Virus record (IMG/VR): IMGVR_UViG_3300018079_000012
Location: 560-64,559 of that record
Reading direction: 5' to 3' (one strand)
DNA length: 64,000 nt
Source of the DNA: a virus
Taxonomy: Duplodnaviria; Caudoviricetes
The translations under genes and the position numbers were made by a program. Of the stretch, positions 8,514-17,417 are shown in pieces; position 1 is the stretch's first letter; every line of letters starts with the position of its first letter. Below the pieces are notes generated by a model. The model did not search any database, had not been told where the DNA came from, and saw only the letters and a program-made list of their open reading frames with translations.

Positions 8514-8527
8514 TGTTTACCATCCGC

Positions 8528-8689
8528 TTAGTCTGACACCCCATACACAAATTTTGGATTTCTGATAGTATAAGACTCTTTCGATCCGGAACACCTGGGG
8601 CAGCTCGTCTCGAAACTGATTTTACACATATACACACCACAAAGCCAAATCTTTTTACACTGCGGACATTTATGCTCTGCGTTCGGCAT
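8528..8689 (-). CDS. 53-aa Zn-knuckle protein with FVYGVSD tail (paralog of the previous gene)
   Basis: SD GGAGAG then MPNAEHKCPQCKKIWLC...CPRCSG...KFVYGVSD. Confidence 0.7.
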   Translation of the reverse strand: MPNAEHKCPQCKKIWLCGVYMCKISFETSCPRCSGSKESYTIRNPKFVYGVSD

Positions 8690-8690
8690 A

Positions 8691-8957
8691 CTACTCTCCT
8701 TCCTCCGACATACCATAAACGAACGGCGGGTTATCCGAACGGCCCCAGATCGCGAAGCACGCAGAAACACCGTGCGCATGGTGTTGTCCAAAGTGTCCTT
8801 TTTCACGCGTACAGTGGACATTTATGTTCCGCTTGTAGTACGCGTCTTCGGAATACCTGAAACACATAACCGACTCCGGCGAGGTTTTCTTTTCCGGGTA
8901 TAGTTTACTGAAGTCCGCGCATTTAGACTGTATCATAATTCCTTCTAACACGCGCAC
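8691..8957 (-). CDS. small Cys/His protein with CTxxKGHFGxHHAH motif and FVYGMSE tail
   Basis: HCTREKGHFGQHHAHGVSACFAIW...FVYGMSEEGE. Confidence 0.65.
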   Translation of the reverse strand: MRVLEGIMIQSKCADFSKLYPEKKTSPESVMCFRYSEDAYYKRNINVHCTREKGHFGQHHAHGVSACFAIWGRSDNPPFVYGMSEEGE

Positions 8958-9535
8958 GTGAAAAACGTCGTCTTCTTATCCTCGGGAACTTCGACGCCGG
9001 TTACACTTTCGTAATGGAACCAAAAGATATCGGGGATATAGAAACCCTCCCATTTTCCGCCGTCGCACAGGTATTCCCCGCTATCCAAAAAGTCTCGTGC
9101 GCCGGTCATTAGTTCGTTGTACGTAATATCCGCTTGTAGTTCGGCGAATTTTCTTAACCATTGCTCCGACGCGGAGCATTGAACCGTTTTAGGATCAACT
9201 TCGGACGTCGTGAACGCCGGATGCGTCCAGTCGTGTCGTAGCGACGTTATCGTGTTCGGGAGTAAAAACATCCAGAAGCGCTGGCCAGGTTCTAATCCTT
9301 CACTCGGTAAGAACGGGTCCACGATACCTACGGCGTCGTCCTTACCTTTCGCCGCGCGGACTTTATCGCTGCCCGGAGAAGTTAGCTTAATCCGTTCGCC
9401 AGGCCAAAGAAACTGTGGACCTACGACGACGACCGGCGCCACAGCGATATGAATTGCGTCGCGAGAGACATCCGCGCCGACGGGGATAAGTTTTCCGATT
9501 CCTAAGTCTTGCACGTTAGTTTTCCTCCTCAACAA
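8945..9535 (-). CDS. hypothetical phage protein
   Basis: RDAIHIAVAPV...GIVDPFL...SLRHDWTHPAF...FTCAC. Confidence 0.7.
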   Translation of the reverse strand: MLRRKTNVQDLGIGKLIPVGADVSRDAIHIAVAPVVVVGPQFLWPGERIKLTSPGSDKVRAAKGKDDAVGIVDPFLPSEGLEPGQRFWMFLLPNTITSLRHDWTHPAFTTSEVDPKTVQCSASEQWLRKFAELQADITYNELMTGARDFLDSGEYLCDGGKWEGFYIPDIFWFHYESVTGVEVPEDKKTTFFTCAC

Positions 9536-9702
9536 GGACAGCGATAAGTCGTGTCATGTTCATCGTCGTCGAAGTCCGCTTCGTCGATCAGTTCGCGAAG
9601 TTCTTGGAGTTTAGCCGAGGAGACTATCGAGCTGTTGCCACTTAGCTCTTCGGTGCTGTTCAACAACTCACGAATCACACGTTCTAATTTCGTCATCGTC
9701 AT

Positions 9703-10002
9703 TTACCTCTTAAAGTCCGGCAAGAATACCAGTTCCGCTTGATTAGCGTAATCGGCGTTACGAAAATCCAGCACTTTCTGTGCTTCCTCTCGCATCATTC
9801 TCACAGAATATTTACTATGGGTTCCGGCTTTATCAAACCAAAAGACATTGGGACATATCGTGCATCTAACCGCCCACACTGGGAGATCGGCGATGCGGAG
9901 GAACGGGAGTAGTGTTGTGCTGAATAACGTTCGTCGTGTCATTCTAACTCTCCTAATAACTTCTCCGCGAGTTTCCGCAATTCCTTTTGCTATCGATCTC
10001 AT
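9703..10002 (-). CDS. hypothetical protein
   Basis: ORF track; CTIC; start uncertain. Confidence 0.4.
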   Translation of the reverse strand: MRSIAKGIAETRGEVIRRVRMTRRTLFSTTLLPFLRIADLPVWAVRCTICPNVFWFDKAGTHSKYSVRMMREEAQKVLDFRNADYANQAELVFLPDFKR

Positions 10003-10007
10003 AAGCG

Positions 10008-10367
10008 CTACTTCTCCTTTGGTAACAAAGCAGCGCGTCGAAGTACTTGTAATGCGCCGCGCGGCGTTTTCGGTAGCTCGGTATCGAATAGCACCGTGAG
10101 TGACCGATGGTATTTATCGTACTTACTATCCGAGAAAACGTCGAACTGCGAACCAACCGAACGCCCGGCGAATACCGCTAAGGGACACGTTAAGCAATGT
10201 AACCCGCCGGTATAAAATCGGATCTTTCGGTTACCAACGTTCTTCTGTAACCATCGAACGAATGTGGAAAAGCGGTATAGTTTCATTGTAATCTCTCCTA
10301 AGACCTTTTGTCGCGGCGTGCTGCTCGTGACACTATCCCCGGCATACGCCAGGGCACGGATTCGCAC
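10008..10367 (-). CDS. hypothetical protein (start probably MKLYRF after the GGAG SD)
   Basis: ORF track; CLTCPLA. Confidence 0.45.
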   Translation of the reverse strand: MRIRALAYAGDSVTSSTPRQKVLGEITMKLYRFSTFVRWLQKNVGNRKIRFYTGGLHCLTCPLAVFAGRSVGSQFDVFSDSKYDKYHRSLTVLFDTELPKTPRGALQVLRRAALLPKEK

Positions 10368-10644
10368 CGTGTCTTCCGCGATATTTGGGCCGAAAGGTCG
10401 CGTGCATGGCTCACGCTCGTTGCATCGCCCAGCTTGTCTTTCGACCTAGAGAACCGTTCCCGAAGGACTCTCTGTCTCCGCCAGACGCCGTGGCCTGGAC
10501 TGGACGAAAAACCTTTCGACCGTGTGTTGGAAGTAACGACTCCACGTACTCCTGCTAAAGGCATATTTACTCACGCGAAGAAAACCCACGTCGTACGACG
10601 GTTAAACGCGTAGTAAGGATCTCTAACAGGAGTACGTCGAGTCG

Positions 10645-10836
10645 CTACTGTATCTCTGGTCCATGATATGTCTTCTCGCTAGTCGTCCACTCGGGCTCTG
10701 GACACTCGCACTTCGCGTAATTCCGCCCGCATTTACGACACATTCGGTAGACAAAATGCGACGAACGTCCAAGCGTCGCGAGACGAGCGGCTAAGTCTTC
10801 ACAAGTACACGTCGCAAGATCAGAGTTGCATTTCAT
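10645..10836 (-). CDS. small Cys-rich protein (MKCNSDLATCTC...CRKCGRNYAKCEC)
   Basis: Overlaps the stop of the phosphatase gene; exact start uncertain. Confidence 0.55.
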   Translation of the reverse strand: MKCNSDLATCTCEDLAARLATLGRSSHFVYRMCRKCGRNYAKCECPEPEWTTSEKTYHGPEIQ

Positions 10837-12215
10837 ACACCACATTGTCCGACCTCTTCCTTCGTCGCCCGATGCGACACGCAGCAGAAACCGTCTTCGG
10901 TACATAGGTCGTCGGTAGAGATTATCTTTAACGGCAACGCATGATACCATTTATTCCCGCACGGGCATTCGTGCCAGCACTCAAACGTATCGTTCGGATC
11001 TGAAGATTTATCGAGACACGAATCACATAGACCGTGCAAAGCACACGGCGCGTCTTTTGACTCTACAAAATGCGACCAGGCTTTTCCACAAGACAACGAC
11101 GAGCAGAAATGCTGGCACAAGAACCCGTTAGGCGCGTCTTCAGATAAGACAATTTGACCGTCCATAGGTTTCTCGACCGCGCTTAACTTTACCTTATAAC
11201 ACAACTCGCACAAATCGCGACCGTCTTCTGATAACGTACATGCGCTCGTGTTCGCTGGAATATCGTGCTTCCAAATCTCTCCACAAGGACAAGTATGTTC
11301 GCATAGAGCACCGATTATTCCCGTAGCGGTTCTCTTCGAGAAACACCTGCTGCATAAGTCCCTGTCTTTCTCCGGATACGTACATCCCGTCGTCGCCGCA
11401 CTAACATCGTGTTGCCACTTATTCCCGCACGGGCATTCGTGCTGACAGTCTTTTCGTTCTCCTCTACCACTTGCGATATGAGAGTAAATCGTGCCGCTAG
11501 TAGCGTTATCGTCGTACTTCCAAGTCCTCGTGGCCGGGTCCCAAGCGGAATAATTATTGTTGAAACTAACCTTCATCGCCGGTACGTTATACTTCTCCGG
11601 TAACGGCCGTCCTAAGATCTCATATATCGCTTGGCGTTGCGAGAAAGACTCAACCGCTTCAGTGCAATATCTCTCTCGTAACGCCGAAATCGGATCGTCG
11701 ATATCGGGTTCTAACTTCGCGATCAGCGACGCGACCAGAGTACCTGTCCGCCCGTGTCCGCCTGTACAAAAGATCAGTAGTTTTCGACCTTCTGTCATCA
11801 TCGTACTAAAGTAATCGACTATAACACGCCAAGTCTCCGGTTTCGGCACGTTGTAATCTTGCATGAGACAGTCGATTATATAGAGTGGTTTCAAGTACGA
11901 ACCGCTGGGTAAATTACCGTTCAGCGAAACCACGATATCGATCTTGTCGAGATCGGTGACGGTTATCGATTGCTCACTGCCCGCAAAGACGGTGTACACG
12001 CCGCATTTTATCGCAGTCGCAGCGTGCCGACATTTACCGACAGAAGACCACCACTTTGTCTCCGGCTCCGGATTACAGATACCCCCGTCGAGGTGTTTTT
12101 CAGTAAGTATCTCGCTACGGTGATTCACATTGTCTCCTTTGACATCGTCGCCAGAGTTCCATAGAGAAAAACTAATCCCGCGCCGCAGTTTCCTGTATGC
12201 TCGTGAAAGTTTCAT
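10833..12215 (-). CDS. protein-tyrosine/dual-specificity phosphatase with four C-terminal Cys/His repeats
   Basis: P-loop FCTGGHGRTGT (Cx5R), MQDY acid loop, AVES..Q; repeats CxHxCPCGxxWxH. Confidence 0.88.
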   Translation of the reverse strand: MKLSRAYRKLRRGISFSLWNSGDDVKGDNVNHRSEILTEKHLDGGICNPEPETKWWSSVGKCRHAATAIKCGVYTVFAGSEQSITVTDLDKIDIVVSLNGNLPSGSYLKPLYIIDCLMQDYNVPKPETWRVIVDYFSTMMTEGRKLLIFCTGGHGRTGTLVASLIAKLEPDIDDPISALRERYCTEAVESFSQRQAIYEILGRPLPEKYNVPAMKVSFNNNYSAWDPATRTWKYDDNATSGTIYSHIASGRGERKDCQHECPCGNKWQHDVSAATTGCTYPEKDRDLCSRCFSKRTATGIIGALCEHTCPCGEIWKHDIPANTSACTLSEDGRDLCELCYKVKLSAVEKPMDGQIVLSEDAPNGFLCQHFCSSLSCGKAWSHFVESKDAPCALHGLCDSCLDKSSDPNDTFECWHECPCGNKWYHALPLKIISTDDLCTEDGFCCVSHRATKEEVGQCGV

Positions 12216-14602
12216 TGATTTCGTCCACCATGGTCAAGTAACTTACTCATTTCCGCGAATCCGGTCTCGGCTGTCTTCCAATCTGGAAAAACGGATGGGA
12301 GCACCATGATTTCGTCCGCATTGTCGTAAGACCCCTCTAAAGCGACTTCGGGCTCCGAGTTTTCCTTTTCAACCTCCGCCTCGGTGTCCGGACAGTCTAT
12401 CGCAAAATGCCCAGTCTTTTCGCAATTACTACAGTAGTCGGCTTCGCCCGGATTTTCTCCTTCAAACTCCTCTTCTACTTCCGGCGTGTCTTCTTCGTCC
12501 TCTTCTTCTTCGTCTAGCGGCGCGGGAATAACCTCCGCCTCCGCCAAATCTGGATCTATTTCTTTTCGCGTTAGTAAATATGGCCAATACGCTGTGACCG
12601 GCAGCTTTTCGGTGCATTCGGATTCTGGCATCGCGTCACAGTATAATTCTATTTCTTTAAACGCTGGTGTCCCACACTTCTGCTTGTAATTTAGAACGCG
12701 TATGAGAGCGTCGTCCCCTCCTTGCAATCCGATAGTTAAATTCGGACGTTTGTTAAACACTAAGCACGAATTGTGTTTTAGATTAAAAACCCCGTCCAGG
12801 AAGACAGAGTCATTTATCCGGCCTGTCATCCAAAGCAATAAATGCTCTGAGATATACGCCCATTTTTTTCCGCCATAGCTACTGGACCAGGAGAAGTTCT
12901 TGAAAAACCCGTATACTACAGAGATCAAGTGCGTCTTAGCCGATTGAGATAAATCCATAGGAAACTTGCTCAAGTACGCATCCCGACTCAGTTTACCTTC
13001 GGCGGTGGGAGCAGCATTCGGTGCTAGTTTATTCAGTGTCCGTATTAGTTTTCGATAACGGATTCCATCTTCCCGCGACATATAACTCTTCATATGCCGA
13101 AGTTCCGCTATGCACGTGAGCCACAAATACGCGCTCATTAACTCCGCGTACTCGGCGATCCGGCCGTTCTTATCCCCCGCTTCCCAGCGGTGATAAAAAT
13201 CCAGCATCAACGAGACGACGTAGATATAACTCCCGTTGTACTTTTCTACCAGCGGGTCACGAAGCGTCCGCGACGTCGCCGTCTTCACGACTTCTGGTAC
13301 TACAAAGTCCTTTGGTAATACGAATATTTCGCCGGTCGCGCCACTAACGAGCGCTTTCTTCCGGCACTTCAGCAGAGCCGTCTTCAATTTGTAATAGTCG
13401 TCATCGGACACTAATAACGCCGGAAGTCCTAATTCTCTCGCTATAATCGCCGCGTGACACGTTGACGATCCGGTGTTTGTGAATATCGCTTTACTCTTTA
13501 ACATCGACCGGTACATCTCAGGGGAGAACGATTTTAGGTAACACGACTTATCGATATCCGATAATACCATCGACGAGGCCGCCCCAATCGACACGGCGTC
13601 AAACAGCTTTTCAGCTTCGGCCGGGACGTCGATTTTAACACTGGGTTTCGCTAATTTTAACGCGCGGTGTTGCAAGAACCAAATGGTTAGCCCATCAATG
13701 GAAACTCCGCTATAGTTACTCTTCTGAGGAGCGAAAGTCGCGCACCATTCGACATCCGACGGTCCGAAGTTCTGGTGTATTTGCAATAAATGTTTGAGTA
13801 AATGTTTGAATCTTAAGTCAGTGTTCTCGACCCGCGTGCCAGTCGCTTCCCCATTAACCAGCTTCACTCCAGTTCCTTCCACTATTTCTATCGCGGGGTT
13901 AAACGACGGACTACTTGTGTTCGGGTCGGAAGTAAATGCGACTCCGGACATCACTATATTTCTCGGGATTAGTTGTACGATAACTGCCGTTCCCGTGTCG
14001 GGGATATCGTTTGCTTCCCGGTACGCAACGGACTCCGGCGAGTTCCAAGACTCATATACTTCAACGACCGCCGCGCGTATCGCAGGAAGACCAGACACTG
14101 GTAAAATAGTCTTCATCATACCGGGCATACTGACCGGCGCCCCACTGCGAACAGACACGTCGCGCGTCAGTAAAAAGGACTCCGGTTCTATATCGAGAGG
14201 AAAACATACTTCGACCGGAGTCTTAGCTACGGAGAAGACCACATAATTCGGGACGCGCAGTGAAAGTTCTGTTAACTTATGCAGTCCTGCTGCTTTTCCC
14301 CCGATCTTCGCTGGAGACAACGAACTGTCAGTGAAATAAACGTGCGATACTCCGTCGTCGGAGACAATTAGACCGCTGGGATTATCAACAGCGGTTTCCG
14401 TTTTTTCGTCGATTTCATTCGGTGCCGACATCCAAATCCTGGAACACGAAGCGAAAGAGTGCGCGTGATGCGGTCCAAAATGACCTTTTAGTTCTGTGCA
14501 ATGCCATTTATTATTGTCCCCCCAAAGACCGGCATAACAAACGTCCGGTGAGGCTCCCAGAGTTGTAAACGGGTTCATTAGGTCGAAATTCTCGCACTTC
14601 AC
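12212..14602 (-). CDS. PPDK/PEP-synthase-like dikinase: ATP-grasp domain, phospho-His swivel domain and an unknown C-terminal domain
   Basis: IGGKAAGL, VSVRSGAPVSMPGMM, AVIVQ, SGVAFT, DVEW, LQHR; His domain GSSTCHAAIIARELGLPA; no PEP/pyruvate TIM barrel. Confidence 0.85.
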   Translation of the reverse strand: MKCENFDLMNPFTTLGASPDVCYAGLWGDNNKWHCTELKGHFGPHHAHSFASCSRIWMSAPNEIDEKTETAVDNPSGLIVSDDGVSHVYFTDSSLSPAKIGGKAAGLHKLTELSLRVPNYVVFSVAKTPVEVCFPLDIEPESFLLTRDVSVRSGAPVSMPGMMKTILPVSGLPAIRAAVVEVYESWNSPESVAYREANDIPDTGTAVIVQLIPRNIVMSGVAFTSDPNTSSPSFNPAIEIVEGTGVKLVNGEATGTRVENTDLRFKHLLKHLLQIHQNFGPSDVEWCATFAPQKSNYSGVSIDGLTIWFLQHRALKLAKPSVKIDVPAEAEKLFDAVSIGAASSMVLSDIDKSCYLKSFSPEMYRSMLKSKAIFTNTGSSTCHAAIIARELGLPALLVSDDDYYKLKTALLKCRKKALVSGATGEIFVLPKDFVVPEVVKTATSRTLRDPLVEKYNGSYIYVVSLMLDFYHRWEAGDKNGRIAEYAELMSAYLWLTCIAELRHMKSYMSREDGIRYRKLIRTLNKLAPNAAPTAEGKLSRDAYLSKFPMDLSQSAKTHLISVVYGFFKNFSWSSSYGGKKWAYISEHLLLWMTGRINDSVFLDGVFNLKHNSCLVFNKRPNLTIGLQGGDDALIRVLNYKQKCGTPAFKEIELYCDAMPESECTEKLPVTAYWPYLLTRKEIDPDLAEAEVIPAPLDEEEEDEEDTPEVEEEFEGENPGEADYCSNCEKTGHFAIDCPDTEAEVEKENSEPEVALEGSYDNADEIMVLPSVFPDWKTAETGFAEMSKLLDHGGRNQ

Positions 14603-15201
14603 GCTTCGCCTCCGCCGGACTGCCGCCAGCCGTTCATCTCCGCTTCATGAATAACAGCGATGATTTTCTTGCAGAGCCAAAAACTTTCGTTCAACGCGAC
14701 TCCGACGCCGGATTTACCTAATACAATCTCGTCGAATTTACCCGATAATTCAGAGTACTTCTCGCGCTCAAAGTCCGTAATATCGTGCTTTAACGCGCGA
14801 AGGAACAATAAACGCATAGTATCCGCGACTACCGTCAGCATCGGACCTATAGCGTTCTTGCGTTCTACTACTTTCGGTTCCCATTGCCGGATTAGCCGTT
14901 TCGTACGCGACGCCAATGACCAATACGTTTCATAGACCCAAATACCGTCTGACTCAAAGACCAAGTGTGCGGACGCGGGCGGTGGTGACAGACCAACTAA
15001 TAGAGAAGGAATTTTCTCACTTCGTAACTCGCGCGTCTCTGCCGGTAACGCCCGGAGTTTCGCTGTCCCGTCACTCCGGAACGCTACATGTATCTTATCT
15101 CCTTCTACGAACGGAGTCTCGGGACGGGAGAACGTTGTGTCGGCAAATGTTATGAATGAAGTAGTCATTTCCAGATTTAACTTTACTCCCAGTAATCCCA
15201 C
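14599..15201 (-). CDS. hypothetical protein coupled to the dikinase
   Basis: 200 aa; GTGA overlap with the dikinase start. Confidence 0.6.
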   Translation of the reverse strand: MGLLGVKLNLEMTTSFITFADTTFSRPETPFVEGDKIHVAFRSDGTAKLRALPAETRELRSEKIPSLLVGLSPPPASAHLVFESDGIWVYETYWSLASRTKRLIRQWEPKVVERKNAIGPMLTVVADTMRLLFLRALKHDITDFEREKYSELSGKFDEIVLGKSGVGVALNESFWLCKKIIAVIHEAEMNGWRQSGGGEA

Positions 15202-15255
15202 ACCACCAATACGACTAGAACTACGACTAACAACACGAGGATATATAGCAAACAG

Positions 15256-15389
15256 CCCTTTCGGGGTAAGTTAGAACTGCGGCCCAACGGGGTAGTCGGT
15301 GGTTTAAACGACCTACTCGACTCCCCGTTAGGGTAAATTTAGTTAACTGTTAACTCCCGTTTACAGGGGACCACGAGTCCCAGCGGGAA
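15256..15389 (-). ncRNA. candidate structured RNA or leader upstream of the dikinase operon
   Basis: Hairpins at 15355-15388 and 15283-15333, plus CCC-GAAA-GGG, in a ~200-nt gap. Confidence 0.45.
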
Positions 15390-15406
15390 TTTTTACTACC
15401 GCCGCA

Positions 15407-15664
15407 CTACACGTGCGACAGTGACTTGGATGCTGCGGCAATCGCCGACGCTAGATCGGCGACGTCGTAGACGATAAGCGAAAAGCGATTTCCTTCGCTC
15501 GACGGCCGTTTCCAGCAGTCCGACTTGAACTCCGGGACGCTGACTAGATCGTTTATCCTCGGTTCCAGTCGGACCCTGAACCCGCTGGTGAGTTCACGGA
15601 ATCCCAGGCGCCCGAGCGGCGTCGTTAGGACTTCCGTGTAAGGTTTTCCTTCGGGACCTACCAT
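15407..15664 (-). CDS. hypothetical protein
   Basis: SD GGAGGG upstream. Confidence 0.55.
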   Translation of the reverse strand: MVGPEGKPYTEVLTTPLGRLGFRELTSGFRVRLEPRINDLVSVPEFKSDCWKRPSSEGNRFSLIVYDVADLASAIAAASKSLSHV

Positions 15665-15668
15665 AGAT

Positions 15669-15968
15669 TTACCCTCCTTTCGGACATATCGTAAAGTCCT
15701 TCACAACTCCTTCGTGTCCACACTCGCAACACGTAATAGGAGAGGTATCTTCCCACGTCGTATCCCCGTGCGCCTCGGTACCGTCGTCCCAGATTTGGAT
15801 CGTCGCTGTCATCTCAATAAGAAACGGTTCTTTGCTGTGACAAACGGGACACGCGATTCCTTCGAGGCAGTTAGTGTTTGGCATCGGAACTGTTAACAGT
15901 GCTGTCCGTCCAAAAGACACAATAGAACCGCGATCCATCCGGCGGTCGCTGCGCTGATACGAACGCAC
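15669..15968 (-). CDS. Zn-ribbon protein (likely start MPNTNCLEGIACPVC)
   Basis: CPVC...CCECG. Confidence 0.6.
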   Translation of the reverse strand: MRSYQRSDRRMDRGSIVSFGRTALLTVPMPNTNCLEGIACPVCHSKEPFLIEMTATIQIWDDGTEAHGDTTWEDTSPITCCECGHEGVVKDFTICPKGG

Positions 15969-16028
15969 AACGCGCGTAAAAAGTCCATAATCTGTTTCTC
16001 TTTATCGTAGCGTCCGGCGTTGTAAATT

Positions 16029-16244
16029 TCAATCATCGCTTTCCGCGTCATCCCATTCCCCCGCTTTCCGATTCCACTTATACCCCCACTCCAGCATTTT
16101 GGAGTGCTCAGGATCGTCGCACCGGCAAGACCCGTCCGCGCGGTAGTGCATTGGGTCGAGAATATACCAAGGACAAAGAAGTACATCTGACTGTTGCAGA
16201 ACAGTCTCGATTAGGCCGTTGGGTAGTTTTCTTTCGCTTTTCAT
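16029..16244 (-). CDS. small Cys/His protein
   Basis: CPWYILDPMHYRADGSCRCDDPEH; ATGA coupling. Confidence 0.55.
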   Translation of the reverse strand: MKSERKLPNGLIETVLQQSDVLLCPWYILDPMHYRADGSCRCDDPEHSKMLEWGYKWNRKAGEWDDAESDD

Positions 16245-16456
16245 CCTGCACGCCCCAACTCTCGCAAATGATCCTCGATCATATGGAACTCGGCGACCGA
16301 AAAAGTTTTCATCGCACCGGCAAACGACCGCGCGGGTAATCGTTCTTCGCCGTTAAACTCACCACGATGTTCACGGGCCGCGTCTACGGCGCGCAGCAAC
16401 GCGACTTCTAACTCTAATCGGTGCTTCAAGGCTGTGTAGGTGTGTTTAGACGTCAT
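16241..16456 (-). CDS. hypothetical protein
   Basis: SD GAGGAG; coupled. Confidence 0.55.
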   Translation of the reverse strand: MTSKHTYTALKHRLELEVALLRAVDAAREHRGEFNGEERLPARSFAGAMKTFSVAEFHMIEDHLRELGRAG

Positions 16457-16458
16457 TT

Positions 16459-16740
16459 TTACTCCTCTTCTACCGCGCCAAGGTGCGAGTCGTTCCGAGG
16501 TAATAGAAGCGAATACGGACGCAGAACCGGTTCTTCACTCCCACGAACTTGTGTCCGCACCATAATCGGTGGACGACAATCCACGTGCGGCGCGTAAATC
16601 TTCTCCGCCTCTCCACAATCCAACCGGAAGTGCGAGATCTCAATCCCACATAGGACGCACGTGTGTGAACAGTAATCGCGCGCCGTCGGCGATCCGTACC
16701 ACAAACGACGTAATAGTTCGCGCCATCGTGCTCTTCTCAT
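16459..16740 (-). CDS. hypothetical Cys/His protein
   Basis: CSHTCVLCG...C...H; coupled. Confidence 0.5.
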   Translation of the reverse strand: MRRARWRELLRRLWYGSPTARDYCSHTCVLCGIEISHFRLDCGEAEKIYAPHVDCRPPIMVRTQVRGSEEPVLRPYSLLLPRNDSHLGAVEEE

Positions 16741-17006
16741 TTCCGCGCCTCGTACATACCCGACCCAAGCATCTGCCGGATATGTTGGAAAATTTCTTCC
16801 AGCGTCTCACGGTCCGGTTCGTGTTCGTGCCAGCTATCTTTGCCCAACGCGTCTTTCCGGCGCACTTCTATCCCGTGGCGGTCTAGTAGACTGTTGCGTC
16901 CGGCGACGAACATGCGCTTAGCGTTCATCACAACGCGGTAGTGTTCCGTCTCAACCAACACAAATGGAGAATTCATTTCCTTTCCTTCTCCTGTACACTT
17001 TCCCAC
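16737..17006 (-). CDS. hypothetical protein
   Basis: ORF track; coupled. Confidence 0.5.
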   Translation of the reverse strand: MGKCTGEGKEMNSPFVLVETEHYRVVMNAKRMFVAGRNSLLDRHGIEVRRKDALGKDSWHEHEPDRETLEEIFQHIRQMLGSGMYEARK

Positions 17007-17377
17007 GTCGCCCAGAACTCTTCACGCTTCTTCCGGTCCTTCGGGTGAATCTCGCGTACCGTGCGGGCTAGAGATAACAACTCTCCTCTGCGAACGTCGA
17101 AGACGTCAAGTAAACTGCAATTTGCGGCGCTGTGGAACGGCTCGCATCCTGGCCCCTTCTGCCTCGAAGAATTGTACAATTTTATTCCTGGCAGTCGTGT
17201 CCGCCAAGACCGTTTGGTAAAAAATACGATGCAACTTGTCTCCCCGCCGACTGGAAGGACGCCAAAACTTCCTATCTTTTCGACGGGCCGTCCGTCATCA
17301 TTCGTCGGGAGTTTGTAATAGCGATAGTGTGTAAAATCCACCTCGTATCGCCCGTTCCCGTTCTCAATTGTCGTCAT
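16973..17377 (-). CDS. hypothetical protein
   Basis: SD GAGGGAG; 134 aa. Confidence 0.55.
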   Translation of the reverse strand: MTTIENGNGRYEVDFTHYRYYKLPTNDDGRPVEKIGSFGVLPVGGETSCIVFFTKRSWRTRLPGIKLYNSSRQKGPGCEPFHSAANCSLLDVFDVRRGELLSLARTVREIHPKDRKKREEFWATWESVQEKERK

Positions 17378-17417
17378 ATGGCTCTCCCTCGACGTACGCC
17401 GCGACTCGCCAAGTACT

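Noticed and set aside
12212-14602. Calling the dikinase a metabolic ppdK/ppsA auxiliary gene or a rifampin phosphotransferase
   Set aside because: It lacks the PEP/pyruvate barrel, and its domain order (His domain in the middle) differs from RPH, where the His domain is C-terminal.
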